A stretch of 63,531 nt of DNA from assembly GCA_946629975.1 (NCBI GenBank), contig CAMOYJ010000001.1:1-63531 (forward strand), read 5' to 3'. Position numbers and translations under genes: made by a program. Shown here one piece after another: positions 50,158 through 60,207 of this stretch. The DNA comes from an uncultured Alphaproteobacteria bacterium (GTDB lineage Bacteria; Pseudomonadota; Alphaproteobacteria; RF32; CAG-239). The notes under the pieces are model-generated. The model made no database searches. It was not told where the DNA came from and saw only the letters and a program-made list of their open reading frames with translations. Numbering within the stretch: position 1 is the stretch's first letter; each line of letters starts with the position of its first letter.

Positions 50158-50186
50158 GTTGAATAATATAAAATAGGAGAACAAAT

Positions 50187-50993
50187 ATGAAGAGGTTTTT
50201 TTTAAGTTTAATAATAATGGTGAGCCCATTTATTGCAAATGCTGAAATAGCAAGCGGAAATGATTGTGGCAAAGAATGTTCATGGAGCATATCAGATGAT
50301 GGCACTTTAACAATATTAGGCAAAGGAGATATGAAAAACTGGAGTGCCTCTCAAACACCGTGGGCTGCATATGCGTCAAAGGTAAACAGCATTAAGGTTG
50401 GTGAAGGTATTACATCGATTGGCAACTGGGCATTTTTTGTTTTTCATGCATCAGAAATCAGTTTGCCGAATACATTAACTTCTATTGGGGCAAGCGCAAT
50501 TACATGGATGGATAATCTTAAAGAGCTTCACCTTCCAGATTCGCTGCTCTATGTTGGTAATGGTGCATTTTATGGACTTACAGAACTTGAAAATATTGTT
50601 ATCCCAGATTCTGTTATTTCAATCGGTGCTGATGCATTTGGCAGAGATTATAAATTAAAAAGTATTACCATTGGCGATAAAACAATTTTAGAAGGAGATC
50701 CATTTAAAGATCCAACTGACGATAGAGTATATACCGGTGGACAAGCTCAAGGGGGAACGGTTGTTTTTTGCACAGGGCAAATCAGTCAATGTAAAGATAA
50801 TTTTGGAGATTATAGAGATAAAGTTCAAGAGGCAAATAAAAAAACGATTAATGGTGTGACATATGTTTATGATAAAAACGGTAATTTGGTTGTTAAAGAT
50901 GGAAAAAGGTTTGAAAAACGCATTTATACCGTTGAAGAAGCGGCAGCGGTGAGTAAACCGACAGGAAATACTTTCAAACTACGTTACAAATAA
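50187..50993 (+). CDS. Secreted leucine-rich-repeat protein (BspA-type LRR)
   Basis: Signal peptide (…FIANAE). Repeats of the type (I/L)P(D/N)(S/T)(L/V)xxIGxxAF. Confidence 0.7.
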   Translation: MKRFFLSLIIMVSPFIANAEIASGNDCGKECSWSISDDGTLTILGKGDMKNWSASQTPWAAYASKVNSIKVGEGITSIGNWAFFVFHASEISLPNTLTSIGASAITWMDNLKELHLPDSLLYVGNGAFYGLTELENIVIPDSVISIGADAFGRDYKLKSITIGDKTILEGDPFKDPTDDRVYTGGQAQGGTVVFCTGQISQCKDNFGDYRDKVQEANKKTINGVTYVYDKNGNLVVKDGKRFEKRIYTVEEAAAVSKPTGNTFKLRYK

Positions 50994-51064
50994 AATTTTG
51001 CGCCTTGATAAATGTCATTTTGCGATTAAATCTCCTTATCATGTTTTTTTAAGGAGATTTTTTG

Positions 51065-51364
51065 ATGCGATATTTTGTTTTGAATTTGCTTTTTGTTTTA
51101 AGCGCCTGTGCACACACGGTCGAAATTGACGAAGCAAAAGAATATAAATGCGGTGACAAGATTGTGAAAGCCGAATTTTTAGATGATGATTCGGTTATCA
51201 TCAAAATCAACGGCAACAGCACGGTTTTGCATCAAACAGCCTCAGAAAGCGGCACGCGTTATGACAATTCGGATTCTAAAATGACATTGATGCGGCAGGG
51301 CAGAGATACATACCTTTCTGTTGACGGCACAAACTACCCGCTTTGTTACGAAATCGAGAGATAA
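51065..51364 (+). CDS. MliC-family lipoprotein (inhibitor of C-type lysozyme)
   Basis: Lipobox VLSA|C, SESGTRY (the SxSGxxY MliC motif), and conserved Cys positions. The start could be the TTG at 51062. Confidence 0.65.
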   Translation: MRYFVLNLLFVLSACAHTVEIDEAKEYKCGDKIVKAEFLDDDSVIIKINGNSTVLHQTASESGTRYDNSDSKMTLMRQGRDTYLSVDGTNYPLCYEIER

Positions 51365-51391
51365 AAAAGCGCTCATTTGAGCGCTCTTTTC
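51364..51391. terminator. Bidirectional rho-independent terminator
   Basis: agcgctc-attt-gagcgct hairpin flanked by an A-run and a T-run, between convergent genes. Confidence 0.7.
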
Positions 51392-54300
51392 TATTTTGCT
51401 TTGCCGTATTTTTCCGTGATGGTTTGGAAGAGAACATACAAAAGCGGAATGATGAGCAAACCGCCCATTGTGCCGATGAGCATACCCCAGAAAACAGGCA
51501 CGCCGATGGCAACACGGCTTCCTGCGCCGGCGCCTGTGGCCACAATCAAGGGGAGCATACCCAAAATAAAGGTAAATGCGGTCATCAACACGGCTCTGAA
51601 ACGCTCTTTGGTGGCAGTTGTTGCCGCTTTGTCAATCGAGGCGCCTTTGGCGCGTTCATCGCGCGCAAATTCCACAATCAAAATAGCGTTTTTCGCCGCC
51701 AAGCCAACAAGCAAAATCAGACCGAGCTGGGCATAAATGCTGAGCGGTAAGCCTGTGATGAAGATGCCGACAAATGCACCGAGCATAGCAACCAAAACAG
51801 ACATCAAAACCGAAACAGGCAACATCCAGCTTTCGTATTGCGCCACCAAAAACAGATAAGCAAACAACACGGCAAGTGCAATCAAATAGCCCACCTGTCC
51901 GCTGTTTTTCTTTTCTTGCAAACTCATGGTTGACCACTCATAGTTATAGCCATCGGGCAGAACTGAAGCTGCCAAATCTTCCATCGCTTTCATAGCCTGT
52001 CCGCTTGAAACGCCGGGCGCGGTCATAGCTGTGATGGTTGCGGCCGGAAACTGATTGTATCGGTCTAGACTACGTGGCGCTTGAATCATTTCAATTTTAA
52101 TCAAACTTCCTAAAGGCACCATATTGCCGTTGTTTGAGGGAACATGGATTTTGCGGATGCTGTCAATATCTTTACGATATGGCCAATCTGCCTGAACCAT
52201 GACCTTGTTGACCTGTGTGCCGATGTTGATGTCGTTCACATAGCCCGAGCCGAGATAGTTTTGCAAAACCGAATAAATGGAAGAGACGGAAACATTCATC
52301 ACTTCGGCTTTTTCTTTGTCTATCTCAATATGAGCGTGCGGGGTGGCAGCCGTAAAAGTTGAAAAGGCATACATAATTTCAGGCAAAGCGTTCACCTTTG
52401 CAACAAAACTTTTGGTCACGGTCTCGAGCAGCTTTGGATCTGTTGAATCAATAGACTGCAGCCTAAAGTCCATACCGCCGGTGTTGCCCAAACCGGGAAT
52501 AGCCGGAAATTCAAAAAGGTTGATGTCGGCCTCAGGGATGTTTGCAACCCGTGCCTTAATGCGGTTTAAAATGTTGGTTGAATATTCGGATTTTCCTTTT
52601 CTTTGATCCCACGGTTTTAAGTGAACAACGGCAATACCCACGTTTTCGCCTTGTCCGGAGAGCATCGAAAAGCCGATAATATCCATCACCGATTCAACAC
52701 TTTTTTCGGCCTTTGCAAGCGGGATAAACTCTTTGATGACTTCATCTGTTCGAGGCTGTGTTGCGCCTTCCGGAAGCTGAATATTAGTCACAATCACACC
52801 TTGGTCTTCAGCCGGAATAAAGCTCGTGTGGCTCACTTTGAAGAACAACGCATTAAAGACAAACAAAAGCCCTAAAATGAGCGCAATAACGCTCACTTTG
52901 CGCGCAATATATCCGACAACGGCCAAATATTTGTTGCGACTCTTATCCACAATCTTGTTAAACCACAAAAGCGGTCCATGTGTTGCCGGTTTTAAAGGCC
53001 TTAAAATAGTTGCACACAAAGCAGGCGATAATGTCAAAGCATTAAGCGATGAAAACGACACGGCAAATGAAATGGAAATCGCAAATTGCTGATAAATTTT
53101 GCCGGTAATGCCGCCGATAAAAGCAATCGGCACAAAAATGGCAAGCAACACCAACGTTGTGGCAATAATGGCAGATGAAACCTGTTCCATAGCTTTAACG
53201 GCAGCATCATGCGGCGAAAGTTTTTCTTGTTCCATCAAGGTCAAAACGCGCTCCACCACCACAATGGCATCATCAACCACCAAACCGATTGCAAGCACCA
53301 AACCGAACAATGTCAAAATATTTAAGCTGTATCCAAATGCAAGCATCACCGCAAAGGTTGCTAAAAGCGAAACAGGAATGGTGATAGACGGCACAAGCGT
53401 TGAACGCCAGTCTTGCAAAAAGATATAACAAACGGCAACCACCAAAACAAAGGTCATCAAAAGCGTTTCAACAACTTCTTTGATGGAGGCTTTAATATAG
53501 TCCGTTGCATCAAAGAAAACTTCAATTGTGAAATCTTCAGGATAAAATTGTTCCAACCGTTTGAGCTCGGCCCTGACGGCTTTCATGGCCTGAATGGCAT
53601 TTGCGCCTGAGAGCGTATTAAGCCCGATTGAAACAGAGGTTGCACCATCAATCTCAGATTTGAAAACATAGTTTTCAGAGCCGATTTCAACGCGTGCAAT
53701 GTCTTTTAAGCGCACAAGCCCGCCGTCTTCTTCGGTGCGGACGATAATGTTTTCAAAATCTTTGGCTTCATTCAAACGGCCTTGCGTTTCCAAAGTATAA
53801 ACCATTTGCTGACCGTCATCACCGGGCATTGACCCGACCGAACCCAAAGAAGGCTGGAAGTTTTGGCTTGAAATGGCGGCTCTAACGCTTGAAACAGGAA
53901 TGTTCAACGCTGCAATTTTATCAGCATCGAGCCAAACACGCATTGAAAGCGGTGCGGCGTAAACGCTTACTTCACCCACACCGTAAAGACGCGCCAAGTT
54001 GTTTTTGACGTTGTTTTCAATATAGTTACTCATAAAGCTGCGGTCGTGTGTGCCATTTGGCGAACGGGCAACCAAAAAGCCCAAAATATCAGACGAGCGG
54101 CGTTTGACCGAAACACCATATTGCTGAACTTCAGTCGGCAACTTGTTCATGGCCTGTTGAACGCGGTTTTGAACTTTCACTTGCGCCATATCCGGATCCG
54201 TGCCAACCTCAAAGCTGACCGCTAAGCGATAAGAACCGGTGTTTGATGAGGTAGATGACATATAAAGCATATCTTCCACACCGTTGACTTCTTGCTCAAT

Positions 54301-54495
54301 CGGAATACCGATTGTGTTGGCAACAACCTCGGCCGATGCACCGGTGTAGTTTGCTGTCACATTCACTTCAGGCGGGGTAATTTGCGGATAAAGCGAAATC
54401 GGAAGTGAAAAAACGGAGATGATGCCTGCAAGAAGCATCACAACTGCAATCACAATTGCAAAACGCGGACGTTCAATAAAAAACTTTGAAAACAT
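51391..54495 (-). CDS. RND multidrug efflux permease (AcrB/HAE1-like), paralogue of 26159-29284
   Basis: [16 protein letters not shown]-terminus, 1034 aa, [12 protein letters not shown] motif. Confidence 0.95.
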   Translation of the reverse strand: MFSKFFIERPRFAIVIAVVMLLAGIISVFSLPISLYPQITPPEVNVTANYTGASAEVVANTIGIPIEQEVNGVEDMLYMSSTSSNTGSYRLAVSFEVGTDPDMAQVKVQNRVQQAMNKLPTEVQQYGVSVKRRSSDILGFLVARSPNGTHDRSFMSNYIENNVKNNLARLYGVGEVSVYAAPLSMRVWLDADKIAALNIPVSSVRAAISSQNFQPSLGSVGSMPGDDGQQMVYTLETQGRLNEAKDFENIIVRTEEDGGLVRLKDIARVEIGSENYVFKSEIDGATSVSIGLNTLSGANAIQAMKAVRAELKRLEQFYPEDFTIEVFFDATDYIKASIKEVVETLLMTFVLVVAVCYIFLQDWRSTLVPSITIPVSLLATFAVMLAFGYSLNILTLFGLVLAIGLVVDDAIVVVERVLTLMEQEKLSPHDAAVKAMEQVSSAIIATTLVLLAIFVPIAFIGGITGKIYQQFAISISFAVSFSSLNALTLSPALCATILRPLKPATHGPLLWFNKIVDKSRNKYLAVVGYIARKVSVIALILGLLFVFNALFFKVSHTSFIPAEDQGVIVTNIQLPEGATQPRTDEVIKEFIPLAKAEKSVESVMDIIGFSMLSGQGENVGIAVVHLKPWDQRKGKSEYSTNILNRIKARVANIPEADINLFEFPAIPGLGNTGGMDFRLQSIDSTDPKLLETVTKSFVAKVNALPEIMYAFSTFTAATPHAHIEIDKEKAEVMNVSVSSIYSVLQNYLGSGYVNDINIGTQVNKVMVQADWPYRKDIDSIRKIHVPSNNGNMVPLGSLIKIEMIQAPRSLDRYNQFPAATITAMTAPGVSSGQAMKAMEDLAASVLPDGYNYEWSTMSLQEKKNSGQVGYLIALAVLFAYLFLVAQYESWMLPVSVLMSVLVAMLGAFVGIFITGLPLSIYAQLGLILLVGLAAKNAILIVEFARDERAKGASIDKAATTATKERFRAVLMTAFTFILGMLPLIVATGAGAGSRVAIGVPVFWGMLIGTMGGLLIIPLLYVLFQTITEKYGKAK

Positions 54496-54516
54496 AATAT
54501 AAGGTCCTTATCTTTT

Positions 54517-55668
54517 TTATAGTTCTGTGGCGGGAGTAACGAGCGCAGCCTTAACTTTTGCGCCGTTTGAAAGCTTTTGAATACCTTTGATGACAACTTT
54601 TTCGCCTTCTTTTAAGCCGCTTTTGACAATTTGCTTATCACCAATCACATCGCCCATCACCAAACGACGTTCTTCAGCAACATCATCATCTGTGATCACA
54701 TAAGTGTAAAAACCGTTTTCATCTTGAGCAAGCGAGGCTTGTGGAACAACAATATTGAGCTCGGGCTTTAAGATAAGCGCAATTTGAACATAACTGCCCG
54801 GAATGAGGTTTTCGGCATCATTTTCAAAATCGCCGTAAATAGAAACCGTTGCTGTGCTTGTGCTTACTTCGTTGTCAACAAATCCGGCCTTAAAATCTTT
54901 AACCAAAACCGTGCCGTCGGGAAGTGTGATACGTGCTTTCATCTCAGGTTGTTTTTCTGAGCTGCTTTTGAAAGCAATAAATTCCTTATCGGTTAATGTG
55001 AAAGCCACACGAACCGGGTTGAGCTGAACAATACGTGCAAGTGTGTTTGTTGAGGCAACAACGCTGTTTCCTTTTGTTGCCAAAGCTTTGCCGATATATC
55101 CGTTAATAGGTGCTTTCACAAAGGTGTAATCATAATTGATTTGAGCGAGCGCCAAGTTTGCTTCAGCCTGAGCAACATTTGCTTTGGACTGCAAATAATT
55201 GCTTTCGGCATTGTCAAATGTGGCCTTTGAAGCAATGTTTTGCTTTGAGAGCTTGATTTGGCGGTTGTAGTTGCGTTCTGCTTCGGTCAGGCTTGCTTTG
55301 GCGCGCTCTAATTCTGCTTTGCGCAAATTAAGTGTTGCTTCATAAATTTCAGGTTCGATCGTAAAAAGAACATCACCTTCTTTGACAAAGCTGCCTTCTT
55401 CAAAATGAACTGCTTCTAATGTGCCGCCAACTTTCGGTTGAATGTTGACGCTGTTGATGGCTTCAACATGGCCGATATGCGTGTCTGCTTTAGCAGTGTC
55501 TTCAAGAGCAACTGTTTGCATCAAAACATAAGGTGTGCCGGCGCCAAAGCCGCCCATGCCCATTGAAGGAGTCATTTTGCCTTTTAAATACCAGCCGATG
55601 GCCATGCAAAAAATCACAAAAGCCAAACGTTTTAAGATCACAGTTTTATGCGGTTTTGTCAGTAACAT
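54517..55668 (-). CDS. RND efflux periplasmic adaptor (membrane fusion protein)
   Basis: N-terminal TM helix plus GDVLFTIEP...YDYTFVKAPINGYIG pattern. Confidence 0.85.
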   Translation of the reverse strand: MLLTKPHKTVILKRLAFVIFCMAIGWYLKGKMTPSMGMGGFGAGTPYVLMQTVALEDTAKADTHIGHVEAINSVNIQPKVGGTLEAVHFEEGSFVKEGDVLFTIEPEIYEATLNLRKAELERAKASLTEAERNYNRQIKLSKQNIASKATFDNAESNYLQSKANVAQAEANLALAQINYDYTFVKAPINGYIGKALATKGNSVVASTNTLARIVQLNPVRVAFTLTDKEFIAFKSSSEKQPEMKARITLPDGTVLVKDFKAGFVDNEVSTSTATVSIYGDFENDAENLIPGSYVQIALILKPELNIVVPQASLAQDENGFYTYVITDDDVAEERRLVMGDVIGDKQIVKSGLKEGEKVVIKGIQKLSNGAKVKAALVTPATEL

Positions 55669-55670
55669 AT

Positions 55671-56285
55671 TTAATCCTTTCTCATCAAACCATTAAAAAA
55701 CAAATCAAAACTTTTCTGTACCATAATTTTTAAATCAATCGGACATTTTTTGCTCAAATAAGCCTCTAAATGCCCGCACCATGTGTTAAATAAAATAGAG
55801 GTAAGCATTTGAACATCTATATCGGCGCGAATATCGCCTTTTTTTTGCATTTCAGACAAGGCTTTGCGAACGTGTTCAAAAGAATTTGCAGTGTTTTGGC
55901 TTATTTCTTCAAGAACCTTTGTTATAATTGTTTCGGACCATTCCATCTGAAGCGAAAGAAAAAATGCGAGCTTTAAGGCATTTTCATCGCTCAAAATAAA
56001 ATCCGTCGTTGCAAGAAAATACGCTTCAATATCTTTAAAATGCTTTAAAAAAGGCACTTTTTGTTCAAGATATTTCTTTTTTTTCTCAACATATTCGTTT
56101 ATAAGCGCAACAACTAAATCAGGCTTGTTCTTAAAATACCAATAAACAGCACCCTTGGTGAGGCCAATGCGCAAGGCAATCTGCTCAAAAGTTGTTTTGG
56201 AATACCCCTTTTGATAAAACAAATCTAAAGCCGATTGTAAAATAGCTTGCCTTGTTTCTAAAGCTTCCTCTTTTGTGCGTTTCAA
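55671..56285 (-). CDS. TetR/AcrR-family transcriptional regulator
   Basis: N-terminal HTH (GYSKTTFEQIALRIGLTKGAVYWYFKNKPDL). It is the first gene of the efflux operon. Confidence 0.85.
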   Translation of the reverse strand: MKRTKEEALETRQAILQSALDLFYQKGYSKTTFEQIALRIGLTKGAVYWYFKNKPDLVVALINEYVEKKKKYLEQKVPFLKHFKDIEAYFLATTDFILSDENALKLAFFLSLQMEWSETIITKVLEEISQNTANSFEHVRKALSEMQKKGDIRADIDVQMLTSILFNTWCGHLEAYLSKKCPIDLKIMVQKSFDLFFNGLMRKD

Positions 56286-56380
56286 AGCGATTAACCTAAA
56301 ATTTGTTTACATACCTTCGGGTAGGTATAAAACTTTTTTGATGAAATGCAAGGATTTTTTTCTTATGCACAGAAGTTTTT

Positions 56381-56944
56381 TTAAGCAAAATCAATCTCGT
56401 CCAAAACGGCTTCGAAGGATTCGTTTTGAGGGGAGGCAAGATATGCCCCGATTTTAATTTCGCTTTCAACGCCACGCAAATAAAATTGGCGCAATCTGAT
56501 GTATGTTTGCCCGTCAAGAGAGTAATAACAAACAAAGTCGTCGCCTCGGCGCTCGAGCTTATAAAAAATTTCGTTTGGCATATCAGAAAGCATTGCCCCC
56601 GCCCAGTCTGAATAGCCTTGAACGGTCAAACAGGTGCCGATTTCGGGCGAATTTTCATCTTTTGAAAGAAGGGAGGCCTTAAACCAATTGCGTTCATCAA
56701 TGCGCGCCATAATGCCGCATTGTTTGAAAGGTGTTGTGTTTTCAAAACGCCATTTCACGACAAAAGAAAAATTACCTTCCGTTTTTTTATAGAAAAAATG
56801 AGCATTATCTTTTTTGATTTGATGATGAAGAGCCTGCCAAAAATCGGTGTTTGCATTGGCAACAAGCCTGATTTCCTTGTCCGCAAAATTGACATTTTCG
56901 GGCTCATTTAACCATTCAAAATCAATCAGGTTTTCAAGCTTCAT
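56381..56944 (-). CDS. DUF1349-family protein (concanavalin-like fold)
   Basis: FEWLNEPENV...ANANTDFWQ N-terminal motif typical of DUF1349. Confidence 0.55.
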   Translation of the reverse strand: MKLENLIDFEWLNEPENVNFADKEIRLVANANTDFWQALHHQIKKDNAHFFYKKTEGNFSFVVKWRFENTTPFKQCGIMARIDERNWFKASLLSKDENSPEIGTCLTVQGYSDWAGAMLSDMPNEIFYKLERRGDDFVCYYSLDGQTYIRLRQFYLRGVESEIKIGAYLASPQNESFEAVLDEIDFA

Positions 56945-57873
56945 TAAAAGTTCCTTTGCGGCACATCGCCCATTTCAGAGAGCACTTGTTCCAAAATTTT
57001 GTTGTGTTCTTGAGGCGCCATGATTTTCAAGGTAATGATTTCGTCGCCAACGCCCGTTTTGCTGCTAATCCCTTTGCCTTTCAATCTCAACTTTTCGCCG
57101 CTTGAAGAATAGGGGGGCACGCTGATTTTCACCTTGCCGTTTAAGGTCGGCACAGTGATTTTGGCGCCCAAAACAGCCTCTTTGATTGAAATCGGCAGTT
57201 CAAGCAACAAATTTTTTCCATCCAGCTTAAAATAAGGATGAGGCAAAACATGAACAGTGATTAAAACATCGCCGTTTTCGCCGCCGTTCATAGAAACTCC
57301 ACCCAAGCCTTTGAGACGCAAAGTTTGTCCGTCTTCAAAGCCGGCAGGGATTTTAACATTGACATTTTTGCCGTTGATATTGACTTTCTTTTCCGCACCT
57401 TTGGCAACATCTAAAAAGTCAACATCAAGCGAATAAGAAATATCTTGTCCTTTTGATTGTGCGGAAGAAAAAGGGTTTGAACGCGATCTTGAACGTGTAG
57501 CGCCTGAAAAGGCACTCATGATATCTTCTCCGAAAATGGAAGAAAAATCAAATCCGCCGTCACCGAACGGGTTTTGAGAGCTATATGTTCGATAAGAACC
57601 GCTGCCAAACGGATTTTCGCCGCCGCCGAATCCGGCGCCGAAACCTGTCGGTTTGCCGTCAGCATCTATTTCGCCCGCATCATATTTTTTGCGCTTTTCT
57701 TTATCGCCTAAAACTTCATAAGCAGATGACACTTCTTTAAATTTGTCGGCCGCGCTTTTATCGTCTTTGTTCAAATCCGGATGATATTTACGCGCCAATT
57801 TGCGGTAAGCGGATTTTACTTCAGCATCGCTTGCCGATTTTGAAACACCTAAAACATCATATAAATTTTTCAT
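56944..57873 (-). CDS. DnaJ-class co-chaperone lacking the zinc-finger domain (CbpA-like)
   Basis: J domain (YDVLGV...[15 protein letters not shown]), Gly/Phe-rich linker, two C-terminal beta domains, and no CxxCxGxG repeats. Confidence 0.8.
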   Translation of the reverse strand: MKNLYDVLGVSKSASDAEVKSAYRKLARKYHPDLNKDDKSAADKFKEVSSAYEVLGDKEKRKKYDAGEIDADGKPTGFGAGFGGGENPFGSGSYRTYSSQNPFGDGGFDFSSIFGEDIMSAFSGATRSRSRSNPFSSAQSKGQDISYSLDVDFLDVAKGAEKKVNINGKNVNVKIPAGFEDGQTLRLKGLGGVSMNGGENGDVLITVHVLPHPYFKLDGKNLLLELPISIKEAVLGAKITVPTLNGKVKISVPPYSSSGEKLRLKGKGISSKTGVGDEIITLKIMAPQEHNKILEQVLSEMGDVPQRNF

Positions 57874-57932
57874 TGCTCTTTTAGCCTTTAAAAATACATA
57901 TTCCTAAAGGTTTATATAGGAAGCTCTTTTTC

Positions 57933-58250
57933 TTATTGCAAGTTTGCGCAATCAAAAGTTGCCAAGCGCGAATGATTCTCACGCATGATAATTTCGCGCA
58001 AATGTGCGGTTGTGTTTGCATTTTTTTCTTGGCAATAGTGCACAGCAAGCGGCGTTAACTCGTCAATACGAACATCGCGATATTCATAAGAAACATACGA
58101 AGGACCACGACGTTTTTCAATAATATTATCGCGATAACGCGCAGCATCGGCTTCGGAAATATAATTTTCCTGACTGACATTGATTTGTTTCGGTTCATTT
58201 GCACAAGCTACAATCAAGAATATCGGTAAAATAAATAAAAACTTTTTCAT
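57933..58250 (-). CDS. Small lipoprotein, hypothetical
   Basis: Lipobox LIVA|C. 105 aa. Confidence 0.5.
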   Translation of the reverse strand: MKKFLFILPIFLIVACANEPKQINVSQENYISEADAARYRDNIIEKRRGPSYVSYEYRDVRIDELTPLAVHYCQEKNANTTAHLREIIMRENHSRLATFDCANLQ

Positions 58251-58254
58251 CTTT

Positions 58255-58428
58255 TTAATCTTTCACATTAACTTTTGAAATGGCAATCACCTTGTTTGTT
58301 TTAGAGACGGGAGCTTTTCTGTTTTTCTTCACATTTGAAACACCTTCAACAGCGCCTTTTATTTGAACAACAAACTCTCGCGTATGTTCAATGCTTTTTT
58401 GAAATTTTTTATATTCGTTGTTTTCCAT
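58255..58428 (-). CDS. Small basic protein (57 aa), hypothetical; below the ORF-track cutoff
   Basis: ATG preceded by agaggtg at ideal spacing. Translates to MENNEYKKFQKSIEHTREFVVQIKGAVEGVSNVKKNRKAPVSKTNKVIAISKVNVKD. Its stop lies 4 nt before the next gene's start. Confidence 0.35.
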   Translation of the reverse strand: MENNEYKKFQKSIEHTREFVVQIKGAVEGVSNVKKNRKAPVSKTNKVIAISKVNVKD

Positions 58429-58477
58429 GTTGCACCTCTCTTTTTCTGCCTTATATCATAAGATACTAAAAAAAGTG

Positions 58478-58783
58478 TTAATTCAGTTCTTGATATATTT
58501 TTTGCCCATATTTTTTGAGCATATCATAAACGCGTCTGTTTGTTCCGATTTTAGACTTTTTATTATCCAATTTGCCAAGCATTTTTTGAAGTTTTTGATT
58601 AAAATTTTTATCTTCGCGGAGCTTTTGAAGATTTTTGAGTGTTTCTTCATCATTCATTTTGTAGTCAAGAACAACTTTAAGCGTTGCCAAATAAACAGCA
58701 TCCATTTCGGCGGGCGAATAAGACTGTCCGCTTGCTGAACCGATATATAAAAAAGCACATAAAAACAAAATGTATTTCATCAA
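58478..58783 (-). CDS. Small secreted protein, hypothetical
   Basis: Signal peptide MMKYILFLCAFLYIGSASG, then a Lys-rich helical mature part. Confidence 0.5.
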   Translation of the reverse strand: MMKYILFLCAFLYIGSASGQSYSPAEMDAVYLATLKVVLDYKMNDEETLKNLQKLREDKNFNQKLQKMLGKLDNKKSKIGTNRRVYDMLKKYGQKIYQELN

Positions 58784-58811
58784 AAAATCTCTCCGTTCTT
58801 AAAGCTTTAAT

Positions 58812-60197
58812 TTAACATTTCAAAGCGTTTTTTGCAATGCCGCCAAGCGAAGTTTCTTTGTATTTTTCATTAAGGCTTAAGCCTGTTTCATACATTGTTT
58901 TGATAATTGAATCTAAACTCACCAAATGTGTTGAAGAACGTTGCAAAGCAAGCCGTGCGGCATTAACGGCTTTCATCGCGCCCATAGCGTTGCGCTCAAT
59001 GCATGGCACTTGCACAAGCCCTTTGATCGGATCACATGTGAGCCCCAAATTGTGTTCCATTGCAATTTCTGCCGCATTTTCAATTTGTTTGTTTGTGCCC
59101 GAAAGCGCTGCAACCAAACCGCCGGCAGCCATAGAACAGGCAACGCCGATTTCGCCCTGACAGCCGACTTCTGCCCCTGAAATGGAAGCATTTGTGCGAT
59201 ACAAACTGCAAATGGCGGAAGCCGTTGCCAAAAAGGTGATAACAGCCTTTTTCTTATCATTTTCAGACCCGAACCGGCCATAACGCACCATATAGCGCAA
59301 AACGGACGGAATAACCCCGGCCGAACCCATTGTCGGGGCTGTGACCATACGCCCGCCGGCCGCATTTTCTTCTGCCACGGCAATTGCCCAAATATTGATC
59401 CAGTCAATTGCAGTAAGGGAATCCGTTTCATTTTTTTTGAACTTATCTTTTAAGCGATTATACATTTCTCTTGCGTGGCGTTTAAGTTTTAAGCCCCCCG
59501 GTAAAATGCCTTCTGTCCTAAGGCCTAAACCGATATTTTCTTCCATAATGCTCCAGAGTTTAAGCAATTTTTTGTTTACAAAGGAGCGGTTGCCCCAAAT
59601 GGCTTTTTCGTTTTGCAAAACAAGTTCGGCGATGCTCATTTTGTTTTGTTCGCATAATTGCATAAGCTCATTGCATGTATTGAACTGATAGGGCACGTCA
59701 TAAGGCTTGCGATCAATGCGTCTGCCTATTTCGTCTGCGCGCGCAATTGTCCCGCCGCCGACCGAAAAATATGTTTCTTCCAAAAGGATTTTTCCTTTTC
59801 TGTCAAAAGCAGTGAACTTCATGCCGTTTGAATGTTCTTTTAAATAAACGTTTTTTTCCAAAATAATATCATCTTTGAAACAAAAAGAAATTTTATGTTC
59901 GCCGAGAAGCGAGATCTTTCCGTCGTTTTCAATTTGGGCAATATAGTCGGTGTGCACATCCATTTCTTCCGGATTAAGCCCGAGAAATCCATAAGCAATG
60001 GCTTTTAAGGTGCCATGCCCGACACCTGTTAAGGCAAGTGAGCCATAGAGATGCGTTTCGATATGTGCAATTTTTTTTAAATTGCCGCTGTTTTTGATGT
60101 TTTGAGTAAAGCGGTGCGCAGCTTTCATCGGCCCCACGGTGTGAGAACTTGAAGGCCCGATTCCAACCGAAAAAATTTCAAATAAACTGTAATACAT
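58812..60197 (-). CDS. sdaA: L-serine ammonia-lyase (iron-sulfur-dependent, single chain)
   Basis: SLFEIFSVGIGPSSSHTVGPMKAA N-terminus and conserved Cys motifs (CDP..GLVQVPCIERN). Confidence 0.9.
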   Translation of the reverse strand: MYYSLFEIFSVGIGPSSSHTVGPMKAAHRFTQNIKNSGNLKKIAHIETHLYGSLALTGVGHGTLKAIAYGFLGLNPEEMDVHTDYIAQIENDGKISLLGEHKISFCFKDDIILEKNVYLKEHSNGMKFTAFDRKGKILLEETYFSVGGGTIARADEIGRRIDRKPYDVPYQFNTCNELMQLCEQNKMSIAELVLQNEKAIWGNRSFVNKKLLKLWSIMEENIGLGLRTEGILPGGLKLKRHAREMYNRLKDKFKKNETDSLTAIDWINIWAIAVAEENAAGGRMVTAPTMGSAGVIPSVLRYMVRYGRFGSENDKKKAVITFLATASAICSLYRTNASISGAEVGCQGEIGVACSMAAGGLVAALSGTNKQIENAAEIAMEHNLGLTCDPIKGLVQVPCIERNAMGAMKAVNAARLALQRSSTHLVSLDSIIKTMYETGLSLNEKYKETSLGGIAKNALKC

Positions 60198-60207
60198 TTC
60201 TTTGCCT

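Noticed and set aside
51343-51750. Plus-strand ORFs (135 aa and 119 aa) overlapping the 3' end of the minus-strand RND pump gene. Similar antisense ORFs occur inside ffh, typA, valS, tolC, gltX, sdaA and both RND genes.
   Set aside because: They lie entirely antisense to or within long, well-supported genes. They have odd composition (Cys/Arg/His-rich or low complexity) and no ribosome-binding sites. They are shadow ORFs.
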